Origin: the human T2T-CHM13v2.0 reference genome, Homo sapiens
Assembly (NCBI RefSeq): GCF_009914755.1
Contig: NC_060943.1
Length of the DNA: 64,000 bases
Strand: one strand, 5' to 3'
Each line of letters starts with the position of its first letter. Position 1 is the first letter of the stretch. Positions 1-26,901 of the stretch are shown here, one piece after another. A program made the translations under genes and the position numbers. The notes beneath the pieces are model-generated. The model saw nothing but the letters and a program-made list of their open reading frames with translations. It searched no databases and was not told the DNA's origin.

Positions 1-2
1 TC

Positions 3-209
<207 letters not shown>

Positions 210-1163
210 TAGAGCCTCCCTCCACGATGACTGTTCCCTCTGCCCAGGAGGCCGTCCTTGGCCAACTGCTTGTCTCACCCCTCACCCCCTTCAGGTCTGT
301 TCAGACATCCAGTTCCCAGAGAGGCTCCCCCAACCATTGTAAGCGACAGCCAGCCGTTTCTGCACACTCACCTTGCCTGCCTATCTTCCTGTTATATTTT
401 TCACGGCAGAGCTCCCCACCCCTCCACCTGTGTCTATATAAGGTCTGTCCTCACTCAAACGTCAGGCTCCAGGAAGCCAGGACTCTGTCTTGCTCCTGGC
501 TGTCGTACAGCAGATTCTCAACGAACCTTGCTTGAATGGCAGCATGGGCAACCAGGACACTTTGCCCTCGAGCCCTGCTGGTGGCATCCACAGCTCTCCA
601 TCTTCCTGCAAACACTCCGGGCCAGCGCCTCCCCAGACGCACCCCTGAACAGAACACCTCCACCCGGGGCGATGAGGTTTCTTTGAAGAGAGCTTTCATG
701 TGCCCCAACCTTGGATTCCCCCCATTTTTAGGGCACGTAGGCCTTTCATACTTTACTGACAGCCTGGGTGTAACCAGTAGGAGTGACTATTATTGTGGGA
801 GGTACTTAAACATCTTGGTCAAATAGGGCTTTTCCCATTGTGGGGGTGTGGGGGCACCCAATAAATAGAGCTTCATCCAGATGCTTCTATGAGTACACGG
901 CAGTTCCTAACGAGCTCCGCGTCCTCAAATCCCAGCTTCCCTTTTGGTCTCTTTCGCATCTTTCCTCATAATCTCCATTCACTTTCACAAAACCTCAACC
1001 TGGACCCCTAAGGACACTTCCGTTTCCCCAAGTCTGAATTATTCCACCTGAAGCTCTCCAACCTGTATTATTAATAGAATTCTTGGCTGGGCGTGGTGGC
1101 TCACGCCTGTCATCCCAGCACTTTGGGAGGCTGAGGTGGGCGGATCACGAGGTCAAGAGATCA

Positions 1164-1396
<233 letters not shown>

Positions 1397-2094
1397 TCAG
1401 GAGAAACTGTTTAAGACGCAGATAACTATGTACAACCCCGAAGAGATCCTGAATCAGCAGGTAGAGCCACGAAATGGTACCTTGAACAGATTCCAAGTGA
1501 CTGATGTAGTGGCCACCCTGGTTCAGGAGTTCCTGGGGAGGGGCAGGGGAGGGCCAGAAGAAAACTATATTTTTAGCTAAAAGACCTCAGCTTCTGGCTT
1601 GGCATGGTGGCTTACACCTGTAATCCCAACGCTTTGGGAGGCCGAGGTGGGCAGATCACTTGAGCCCAGGAGGTAGAGGCTGCAGTGGGCTGAGACTGTG
1701 CCACTGCACTCCCACCTGGGTGACAGAGCGAAACTCCATCTCAAAAAAAAAAAAAAAAAAGACCTTGGCTTCTGTGTGAGGGAATAGGAAGGGAGGGAAA
1801 GGTTTTCATTTTCCAGCTGTTTATAAAAAAATAAACTGGTACTTTGAGGTAATTTGCGTCACCAGATACCTATTCTAGAAACCCCAAGATCTGTGGGACA
1901 TCCTTCCACATCAGTGGAAAGCCATTCGCAAAGAGGACAAACGGCTTCTTCTCTCATGGATCATTAACAATTCTCAAAGCTTGAACCCGTATCTGATAAC
2001 CAGTCACATCTGGCTGGGGGCACTGTTTGAGGAAAGGGGAACCCTTTCCTCAAATTTAATAGTCCATGCAATCCTCACCTACAAGAGACTTAAC

Positions 2095-4159
<2,065 letters not shown>

Positions 4160-4176
4160 TCAAACCTTTCTGGATT
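4160..4176 (-). CDS. PNMA8A: PNMA8A last coding exon segment (ESRKV-stop)
   Basis: Pyrimidine-rich acceptor ttctctcatttatttgcag|AATCCAGAAAGGTTTGA; its phase matches the donor at 5333. Confidence 0.88.
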
Positions 4177-4455
4177 CTGCAAATAAATGAGAGAACAGAT
4201 CAAGAAGGGAAGCAGAGAGGTGTCATTAGGAAATGCATTACTTCCAAGAAATTTCTGGGTCCCTGAACATTTCTATTCCCCAGCCAGGTCTCTAGAAAAC
4301 TTCACCCTTAAAGCCACATACCCTGCAAACACCATAACTCCAAAGTATTAATATTTTTTTGGGGGGGAGGGGGGAACAGGGTTTCACTCTATCGCCCAGG
4401 CTGGAGTGCAGCAGTGTGATCTTGGCTCCCTGCAACCTCCACCTCCCAGGTTCAG

Positions 4456-6635
<2,180 letters not shown>

Positions 6636-6739
6636 TTAGCGGCTCTGAATCTACTATGTGTAGTAAATAGTCTATCAGGTGGACGTGGGCTGCAGCGGTC
6701 TCCAAACAGTAATCCTGCAAGGTGACAAGGGAGCGAGGT

Positions 6740-7400
6740 CACGTTCCCAGGAAGATGACCAAGCTCACAGATCCTAGCTGCCCCCTCCGCGGCTGGCCTG
6801 CAGGAGGCCTGGCGCTTTCCCAACACCCTCCTCCCCAACCCAGGCCCCGGTGCTCACACGTGTCCCTGAATCTGCAGCAAAAGGCCCTGGGACCCTCCCC
6901 CGGGCCTGACGCTCCGCCTGCCCAGCCGGGACTTACTTGGCAGACCAGCCTCCGACCGCCCAGCCAGGCCAAGGAGACGCAGTGGAATGCAGCCGTTTCC
7001 CAGTCGCTGGCTCCGGCTACCCCGGCGCCGCTGCTAGAGGCAGAAAGGGCCAAGAAGGCGCCGTCCGCCCTCGCTCCGGCCCAGGCGGGTCACGGGGCGT
7101 CCAGACTCGATGCCGTTAGCGGCAAGAAGCCGAGGTTGGCGTCGCAGCGCGCGCCTGCGCACTGGCTCCCGCACCGCCGCTCGGGGGTCTTGGGCTGCGC
7201 AGGTGCCGACGTCTCCATGGCAACCGGGCGTGGGTTGCTAGGGCTGAGCCCGGCCGGCGCGCCGGCGCTGCAATTGGACCTAGGGAGCCGGGTGCAAGAG
7301 TGGCCTGTTCAGGTCGCAGAGCAAGGGGGTCTGGATACACTCCGGTGGCGCCTCCACGGAGGCCCTCTTTCAACCCAAGTGGGCCTCGCGAACGGGGGTT
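6740..7400. promoter_or_regulatory. CpG-island promoter of PNMA8A with NRF1 site (7151-7161) and RFX X-box (7211-7224)
   Basis: High CpG density; contains GCGCCTGCGCA and GTCTCCATGGCAAC. Confidence 0.8.
6937..7165 (-). other. PNMA8A: PNMA8A non-coding exon 1 (intron 1 = 6715..6936)
   Basis: Donor CCAA|gtaagt at 6937/6936 and acceptor ccttgcag|G at 6715/6714. The TSS position is approximate. Confidence 0.75.
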
Positions 7401-7782
7401 AGGTCGATGAGAAGCGCCAACACCTATGGCTGCACCCACTGACTCTATTATCCTCTGCCCCACCTGTTGGATTCACCCAACGCAACTCTTGGGAGACACT
7501 AGAAATCAAAAAAGGAGGAAAACGAGGCTTTAATCTTCTTGGGTTCCTCCAACAGCAGGTGCAGTTCCTGTTGGGCTTGTAGCCTTCTCTCTTACAAGCT
7601 GCTGGGTTCTTCCAGGAATTTCCAGAAACTTCTAGAAATTTCTTAGTCTCCTCCCCGACCCCTTCTAGCATGAGGATAATGCCTCGCCTTTTCTTGTTTC
7701 CTCAACGTGATTCAGGGCAGGTTCTTGGCATCCTCCAGGCAGGGGACAATGTTACAGCTCAGTGACTGCCCCTACAGAGAAG

Positions 7783-8264
7783 TGTTAGTCCAAACTGCAA
7801 CCATTTTGTAAGCCCTGACTATTTTGCAGATCTTGGTCAAAGTGAAATATTCCACGGGGGTTCGGGCCAATGAGAAACATCCTGCCTAATCACCTGACCA
7901 CAAGGCGGACAAAGGCCCAGCTAAAGAAACATTATCATACCCTATCGTGCAAAGGCCCAACTGAAGAAACATCCCTATCATATTCTGCTGGGAGAAAGTG
8001 CAGAGAACACCACATTCCACCAGAACAAGGGCCAGAACCGCCTCATCATGGAACCATCTTATCAATATCCTGCTGGGCAGCAAACCATACTGCTCAGACC
8101 CCTCCCACCCATAACTATAAGTACCCCCAGCCTATAAGCAGCAGTGGGCTCTGGCATTAGGCTGGTTACCCACTTCCACAGGTGTCTGCAGTATACCTGA
8201 GTTGCTGTTGAGCCGCCTTCTGTCTGTGTGTCTTTAACCCTCACCTTCCCTCCAAAACCTAACA
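7783..8264 (+). mobile_element. ERV1-class solo LTR (LTR15-like; subfamily uncertain) nested in an older MER4-group LTR (~7745-8530)
   Basis: TG...CA termini (tgttagtcc...cctaaca), TATA-like actataag near 8114, near-TSD agaag/aggag. The flanks rejoin as an LTR-like sequence. Confidence 0.7.
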
Positions 8265-9394
8265 AGGAGGGCTACCCTCTAGGCAGTGTGCTGAGAATAG
8301 CACCTCGGGGCAAGGCTGCAGTCACATTTATACCCACTTTTAATGACGTGCTAATTAAGGGGTGGGTTTTCAGAATTAGCAAATTGGCAGTAACTTATGG
8401 GTGTTGCCATGGCAATGGTAAACTGTCATGGTGCTGGCAGGCATGTCTTATGGAGAGAGGCTTTCGGTGCCTTTTCCAGGTTTTGGCCAGTCTTCAATGT
8501 GATCCTCAGTGGAGTCCCCTGGGCCTCCTACCTCAACCTTGCTGCCCATGAGCAAGAACTTTGTTAATAGTTTATTAATGCCCAGTGCTGTGGCTCACGC
8601 ATGTAATCCCAACACTTTGGGAGGCTGAGGAGGGCGGATCACTTGAGCTGGGGAGTTCGAGACCATCCTGGGCAACATGGCAAAACCCCGTCCCTACCAA
8701 AAACGCAAAAAATTAGCCAGGTGTGATAGGGGTCACCTGTGGTCTCAGCTATTCGGGAGGCTGAGGTGGGAGGATTGCTTGAACCCAGGAGACCCTGTCT
8801 CAAAAAAAATAAACAATTAAGCACTCCTATGAGACTCGGTTGGACTGGCCATCTGTTTTTTTTTTTGTTGTTGTTTTTTTTTTTTTTTGCCAGTCCCACA
8901 CTGATCCACCTACCAATGTCCCTTCCTGGCTGTGTGATCTTAGAGAAATAATTTGACCCCGCTGAGCTTATTTCTTTTCTCTGTAATAGGAATTCTAATA
9001 AAAAATCTTCCTGATTTGGAAGTTTTGAAGATTCGGGGGGATCTCATCTGAAAGATGCATGGAAGTACAATTTGGGCCTTGGTATTCAACCAAAATCTGT
9101 TCTTTGGGTTCATTTTTGAAACTGACATTTGCAAGGCCAAATAGCCAAATGTTCATTTCACTGTCATCTCTGGCATTCCTAAATTTGGGCATCATCAATA
9201 CTTGTGTGATTGCCCAAGTTTCCATCATATTTTGTGCTAAAAAGTTGTGTCATTCAAATCGTTAACCTCTGATTATTCACATAATTCACACCGAATATTC
9301 CAATAAACACTCTAGCTATGATTAAAGTCTTTAAATCTCATGTGCTTTATATGTTGAAATTCTACATATCAGTGGAAGAATGAGTGTATATTTT

Positions 9395-10205
9395 TAGGCA
9401 GTGGTTTAAAAACATAGCCATAAATTCTCCGACACTTCTATTGAGAAGTGACGATCTGTGTCCCCTCCTCGTGAATCTGAGCAGACTTGTGACTACTTTA
9501 ACCAATGGAGTTTAGTGGAAAGGAAGCTATGTGGCTTCTCAGACTATGTTACAGAAGGGCACGCAGCTTCTTCCTCATTCACTGGAACACTTTTTTTTTT
9601 TCTTTTTTGAGACAGAGTCTCGCTCTGTCGCCCAGGCTGGAGTGCAGTGGCGCAATCTCGGCTCACTGCAAGCCCCACCTCCCGGGTTCACAGCATTCCA
9701 GGTTGGGAAGAACAATGAACAATTTTTCTGAGAGATGGCTAATCACAATCCCCCATGGGCACAATGACCTCTTTCTGCATGTAGCCCCCTCCAGCATACC
9801 CCTATGAAACTTCCAGTCCCTGCCTTTTTGCAGACAGCCCCCTTCTCTGCTGTGCTGCCCATTGCAACCGTGCAATGTATTTTCATATCTTCTCTAATAA
9901 ATCTGCCTTTCTTTACCTACAACTGTCTTGGTAAATACCTTTACTGCCCACAACACCCGCCGCACCTAGTCGTACCCGTGACAGTTGGGGGTGACTCAAA
10001 TGACTGAGAGCTAGAATCATCTGGGAGTTTCTTCACTCACATGTCTGGTGCCTGGGCTGAAATCCTTTGAAAGCTGGGCTCAGCTGGGAAATGTTGATGG
10101 AAGCACTGATGTGGCTTGGGCTTCCTCACAGCATGAAAACCAGAGGGTAGATCGTTGAACTTCTTATTTGGAAGCTCAAGGATGCAAGAACAAGAGTGTT
10201 CCTGT
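9395..10205. mobile_element. MaLR (MLT1-type) and other LTR fragments interrupted by an Alu fragment
   Basis: MLT1-like motifs (tcccctcctcgtgaatctgagcagacttgtgact; tcactcacatgtctggtgcctgggctg). Confidence 0.55.
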
Positions 10206-10207
10206 GA

Positions 10208-13975
<3,768 letters not shown>

Positions 13976-14148
13976 TAATTTTGCCTCAGCCTAAATATTA
14001 TAATGGTACAACTATGTGTGTATATGTGTGTGTGGGTGTGTGTGTGAAGTGGAGTCAGCTGCCTGCCTGCTCTCCCGTTAAAGAGCCACAGTGATTGCTA
14101 GCTGATTTAAAAATAGTTCAAGCACCCTTAACAGGAATCATTACAGTG

Positions 14149-14216
14149 GTTTCCATGACAACACGATGTGCTGTGGTTTCCAAGGCAACAACTGGCACTG
14201 TGGTTTCCATGACAAA
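14149..14216. promoter_or_regulatory. Three RFX X-box-like motifs at a 27-bp period
   Basis: GTTTCCATGACAAC (14149), GTTTCCAAGGCAAC (14176), GTTTCCATGACAAA (14203). Confidence 0.6.
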
Positions 14217-14529
14217 GCATCCCTGCAGCCCCAACCCTCCCCTCCATCTCTGCACTTCCAGTTTAGGGTTCTCCTTCCATCCTCTTCCGCTGTGTTTCAC
14301 CTTTGGGTTTTTATTTTGCCCTGCTGTGTATGTTCAGTGAGAACCCACAGAGTTTCCATAAACACTGAACCCAAAGAAAGTCCAGGGGGCTCTGGGATCC
14401 CGCCTAGATGTTTCCTCCTGAGTCAGTTGCAACAACCCATCATGGTGGTTCTGTGACTCAACCTGGCTGGCTCTGTCCAATTTGTTCTGTGAGAGCCCCT
14501 TCTTGCTGCAGAGTTTCCTTTTTTAAATT

Positions 14530-16138
<1,609 letters not shown>

Positions 16139-17354
16139 CTAGCAACTCTATCCTGGGCCGTTCTGAGTTAGCTCTCTCTCTCTCTCTGGAAATAACCAAT
16201 AAAACCTTAGGATTATGCGGCGGGAGAAGAGATGTGTTCTCCTTTGAGCTGGGGCGGGAGGCGGGGGTGGTGGTCGGGTTACAGCCACAGCTGCAGGCCC
16301 TGAATTTCCTTCTGACAGAAAAAACGCCAGCAGCTGTCTCCACTCTCTACAGTGAGGGAACAACATTCCAAGTGAGGAATTGTGGCCAGGAAACCGAGAG
16401 GCCCCATGTCCTTTTCTTTTCTTAATGTATTTTTTCTGAAACACACACACACATACATTAAAAACAATCCACCAATAGGATTACATTCATGTAAGATTCA
16501 AACATAATCAAATCTACCGTGTGGAGAAATTCATAGTTTGTTAATAAGCATACACGTGTATAGAAAAGGCAGCGTTTATCACAAAACAGGATGTTATTTA
16601 TCCCTGGGGCAGGGAGGGATTTGAGATGGCCAGAGCACATGAGGGGCTTCTGGGAGGACGATGATTTCTAGATCAGATGACAGTAACATAGGACTTGCTA
16701 TGTAATTATTTGCCAAATTATATATTTGTGTTTAGGGCACGTTTCTGGAGGCATGTTACATATTCTACAATTGTAAAAAAATGTTTTTTTAAAAAACACA
16801 GCTACACATTCAGGGTTATAGCGGTGAAATAAATGTTATCACTATTTTTTTCTAGAATATTCTATGGCTGAAAACCTGAACGCAGCAGTAAAAGTACACG
16901 TTTTTAAAACGACTCATAAACCAAATGCACAAAACACAGTCAGGTGAAGTTTCTCTCATTTGTTACGGAGGTTGGTCGTATTTCTTCCTGGTGCCTGGAA
17001 GACGTCACGTGGTCTGAACACAGTCTTGGCTGGTGATGATTCCTGATTTTTGTCTGAAATCCTTGGCCAAAGAAAAGAAAGAGAACAAATGAGTCTCTTT
17101 ATTTTTTTTTAAAGAAGGTTTGTATCATATTTCTCGAATTCTAAATGTATATTTATGTTTGACAAAAGTTATAAATATCTACTTGAAGAGGTAACACAGG
17201 AGAAAAACTGGCAAGCCAAATTTAATAAACGTAATGAAGAGTTTACATTGTGTTATGTGGAGAGAGATCATATTCTCTTGTTATGGGCGGAATCTTATCG
17301 TCTTGTGGGCTTGGAAGATGTCACACAAAGGAAATAAGAATCACATACATTTAC

Positions 17355-22100
<4,746 letters not shown>

Positions 22101-23352
22101 CTAGACACACACATGCATACAAGCCTATGCACAAACACAGATCAATACAGACACCCACACTATGTGCAGACACATACACCTACTCATGCACACACTCACA
22201 CATTCACTCACATAGACACGGACACCCATACACACCCTAATGGCTGAGGGGTGAGCACACACCTGTATGCACACTGGGACACTCAGACATGGATTCACAT
22301 ACACACCCCTAAGTGTACACACACACATACACTCAAGAGACACACGTGTCAATCACACACAAGGTTTTGATCCTCCCACCCCCTCTGAGTATCCCTGACA
22401 CTTTGGGCAAATCTGTCTCCCACTAGAGTCTCTGTTTCCCCCTTGAGTGGACATACTATTTTCTGCGTTCCATTCCCAGCATCTTCAGTGTGACATCCAG
22501 TGAGGCCCCAGGGGTGCAAGGAGCCCTTGGGTAACTTGAGATGAGATGCGAACAGAGGCGTCAATATTTTCAAATCAAGGGGGTTTCAAATGGAGCCTGC
22601 AGGGCCAGTTCCCCTGAGGTAGCCAGTTGATGCCTCTGGGGTATGGTTTCAAACGCCCCAGAAAACCAGAGATTTGACTCCAAATCAGCCTTCATCTGGA
22701 CCAGTCCAGCCACCCCTCACTGTCACTAAAGAGAAAAATGAGAGGCCACAGGTGATTCCAGAACACAGACATGAAGGGAAGAGATGCTACCCTGAGATAG
22801 GGGTTGGGGGAGGGGGGCTTTCTGGGTCCCCCTCCCAGGCTCACTGGGTGTGACAAGAGAAGAGGAAATGGTTAGAGATGGGAGGAGGGGTTTGGAGCCC
22901 CGCTGCCTGACTCCCCCAGCATTGCCCCTTGCAAGCTGTGTGACCTTGGGCTGATTACTTGACCTCTCAGTGCCTCCACATCCTCATGGGAAATGGGGAT
23001 CACAGCAGAGCTTTCCTGCCAGCACTGCCCAGGGGACTGAAGAGGGTGTGATGTGTTTGTGAGGTCATCTCGTCTTATTTCTGCTACGTATCAGCGGCGG
23101 CCAGCTCTTCACTGCACACCTCAGCCCTGACAGGGACCCCAGGGCAGCGGTGCCCACCCCGGCTGCCCCTGGAATGACCCAGAGCCCATGTCCAGCCTGC
23201 AGATCTCGGCAGCCGCTCTCGGAATCTCTGAATGGTGCAGGGCACGGCTGGGGCAGCAACAGTCCCTAAAGCTCCCCGGTGATTCCAAGCAATGGGCAGC
23301 CGGGGCTCACAACCGCGACCCTAGGGGTCCTAGAGACCATCAGACGCCACAG

Positions 23353-23528
23353 CCGTGGTTCTCAAACTAGTCCCGCATCGCAGGCACCTGGGGGTCCTTT
23401 GAAAATGCAGCTTGCTGGACCTCACCCCCAAAGGGGTTCTGTAGGTCTAGGGTGGGCCCGAGAATGTGTATCTAGTTCCCAGGAGACGTTGACGCAGGTC
23501 CAGGACCTGATTTTGAGAACCGCTGTCC
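23353..23528. mobile_element. MER5A-like hAT-Charlie MITE
   Basis: Terminal inverted repeats gtggttctcaaa ... tttgagaaccgc, with the internal MER5 motif gtaggtctagggtgggcccgagaat. Confidence 0.75.
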
Positions 23529-26055
23529 TGCAGGAAAGTCCGCTTTCCCCAGCCTGGCGTTCAAAGACCAGGGAGGGTTGTCCCTTTAAAGCGCTGGGGA
23601 AAGCGCCGTGGCCCCACGATTTTAAACGGCGGAACTGGGGTGCCTCCTGGTGGAATCAGCGGGCATCGCAACTCGCGCGGATTCTTCCCCTGCTCTGGAG
23701 TCGTAGGTTGCGGGGGCAAAGGGAAGGGTCGTCGTCTGCGGCGCAGTTCTAGGACGTGGCCACATTCCCAGAGTTTGGGGATCGCTCATTTCCCGCTTAA
23801 GCAGGCCGAGGGGCCAAGACAAGTTCAGCCTCTAGGGGAAAGGGTCTGGACCCCGGGATTCTTCGCGGTGGGGAGGTGGCGGGGGAGGGGGGAGAGGGAA
23901 GAGGTGAGGGAGGGTCTGGGGTCTGGACCCCAGGATACCTTGGCCTCATCCTTGGGGGAGGACCATTCCGTCCCTCCCCTGGGGCCGGGAGGGCCGATTA
24001 TTCGAGGGAGCCGTAGAGTAAGACAAACGTGGGTTCCAGCTCCCTTCCTTGCCTCTCTGAGCCTCGGTTTCTCTATCTGGGAAATGAGGGTGAAAATCTG
24101 CCTTCATCCTCTTCCCTCCTTCATCCTGCCCTCCTCTCTACAGAGCCAATAAAGACGCACAGACATATACATTCGAATGTGTCCACCCCCAGATCCACAC
24201 AGAGACACAAACACATACACACACAACCTCAGCCCGCCAGTCACCTGGTCAGCTGAAATCAGGCTCCTGAAAACTCTTCAACCACTTCCTGCCATCCCCA
24301 CCACCCTGCGCCGGTCCAGCCTTAGGCCTGTCCCCTAGGTTCCCGCCCCAGCCTCCTCCTGCTCCAGCCTTGCACCCTGCACACGACAGACCTAAAGCAT
24401 AAACCTCTCCCTCTCCTGTTCAAATCCCTCCCATGGCTCCCCAGCGCTTAACGAGGCCCTGAGGCCCTGCCAGTCTGCACGCCCTACTCCAGGGACCTCT
24501 TCATGCTCATTTGCTGCCTCAGGTGAAAATCCAGCCAGACAGCGACCACCATGGAGGCAGGCGGCCTTCTTTGGCATCACTGCCTCCACTCCACCAGCAC
24601 TTAGCCTGGCATGGGAGGGGCAGTAATTACACGCTAATAACCCCCTACAGTCATACCCTTGGCTTGGGAAGCTTTTGCCCTGGCTCTTCCTACACCCCGG
24701 TCATGGACTTCCCCCAGGCAACCGCCGGCCGCACGTCCTTCGGGTCTTTGCAACATTCAGAGACCCCGTCTCTACAAAAAATGCAAAAAGTAGCTAGGCT
24801 TGGTGGCGCGTGCCTGTGGTCCCAGCTACTCTAGAGGGAGGCTGAAGTGGTGGGAGGATCGCTTGAGCCCAGGAATTCGAGGCTGCAGTGAGCCGTGATC
24901 GCGCCACTACACTTGTCACCTTCTCAGTGAGGGCTTCCCAGGCCACTTTCCCAGGCCCGTTTATGACGACTGCAAACCCTCTCCTGCCCCGGCCCTCCTC
25001 GGGCCCCCTGCTTGCCGGACTTTTGTCCCCCAGCAGGTCTCACCCCCTAATGCATGGATTTCGTCCTCATCTAGGGAGCGTAACCCCAGCCTCCCCACCG
25101 CATGCTCCCTGCGGGAGGGTCCTGTTTCCTGCACCAAGAACAGGGCCTGGGACGCGCCAGCCCTGGATAAATCTCATGGACTGCGCGGATGGCGCTGAGG
25201 GCTCCTCCCAGACAGTCGCCTTCTCTCCCAGGAGGGGGCAACCGCGCTCCGCTCCACCCGTCGCCAGAGGCTCCACGCGCGGGACAGACCCGGCTGCTGC
25301 AGCCTGTGCTGGTCTCTGTGCACCGGGACCCTTCCCTGCAGGATCTCAAGGCCTTTACGCGGCTGCTCCTTCGACCCCAAACACTCCTCCCCATCCCCGC
25401 CGGAGCACTCCCTCCAGGAATGAGGGAATGAAAACAATGTTTCTTTCCAGCACATTCCCCACCAGGCCTATCTGGGATCTGACTCACCCAGTCCGCGTGG
25501 TTCATTCCGACCGTCAGTCATTCAACAAATAACAGCCGCCGCCGCGTGCCAGGCACGGTGTTGGGGCTGGGGACACGAAGGGGAAAGGCCAAGCCACACT
25601 TTTTCCCTACGGAGCTGGCCCTAAGCCGCTCTGCCGCGCCTCTCCCCGCCACGCCCACCTGCCCCCATGCCGCATAGGTCCCCACAGCCACCGCTCAGGG
25701 CCCTCTGCAGGGGCTGCTGCTGCTGCAAGCCCACGGGGCGCTGGGGGGAGTTTGAAAGCAGGAGGAAAGGGACGCCATTTGGGGGAATGCTCAGGCCGTG
25801 GTGGCAGCAGCAGCTGGCGGTCACTGCGGTGAACCAGGGGCTCCCGGGTCTCTCCTCAAGCAAGCCGGCCCCGTGCGTGGAACTTGGCAGTCCTACACTA
25901 GGGCTCTGATCACCAGCCTTTCCCAAGTGGCTCCTCCAGCCCTCGGGAGGGAGCAGCTCCCTGCATTGCTAATATTGGGACAAAACGATCTCCCTGTTTT
26001 TGCACTTCCTGATTGCAATACCCCAGTCACCAATTTCCTCTATTAACCTCCCTGA

Positions 26056-26362
<307 letters not shown>

Positions 26363-26737
26363 TGATCCACCCTCCTCGGCCTCCCAAAGTGCTGGGATTA
26401 CAGGCATGAGCCACCGTGCCTGGCCGGCCACAAAGAGTTACATTTTTATAGGTGGTCAGGGAAGCCCTCCCTAGGAATGTGGCATTTGAAGAAAGGTCTG
26501 AGTGACATGAAGGTTGGAGCCACGCCTATAGCCCAAGGAAGGGCACTCCAGGCTGCAGGAAGAGCAGTGCAAAGGCCATGAGGCAGGAATATGCCTGGTG
26601 TGTCCCAGAGACCTGGGTGGCTGAAGCCACAGGAGACACAGAGAGGGCAGTGGGAAACAAGGCAGAGGGTGAGATGGGGGTGGAGTGTGTAGACCTGAGC
26701 TGCGAGGGAGAGCTGCATGCGATGGCCATGTCCTGCA

Positions 26738-26901
26738 CCAGCACCGTGCAATGCGGTAGCCACTGGCCACGTGTGGCTCTTGAGCACTTGTGACGTGGCT
26801 GGGAAGACTGAGGACATGCATGTGTATTTTTATTTAATCTTAATTACATTTAAATCCAATTTACCCCGTGTGATTACCTAGTTGAACAAAGCATGTCTAG
26901 A
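26738..26901. mobile_element. MER3-like hAT-Charlie MITE carrying the likely PNMA8B poly(A) signal (26829-26834, - strand)
   Basis: Palindromic core gtagccactggccacgtgtggctcttgagcacttg and an AT-rich centre typical of MER3. Confidence 0.65.

Noticed and set aside
14149-14216. CRISPR-like repeat-spacer appearance of the 27-bp array
   Set aside because: Human DNA, only three units, ~10-bp spacers and no cas genes; better explained as transcription-factor motifs or a decayed tandem repeat.
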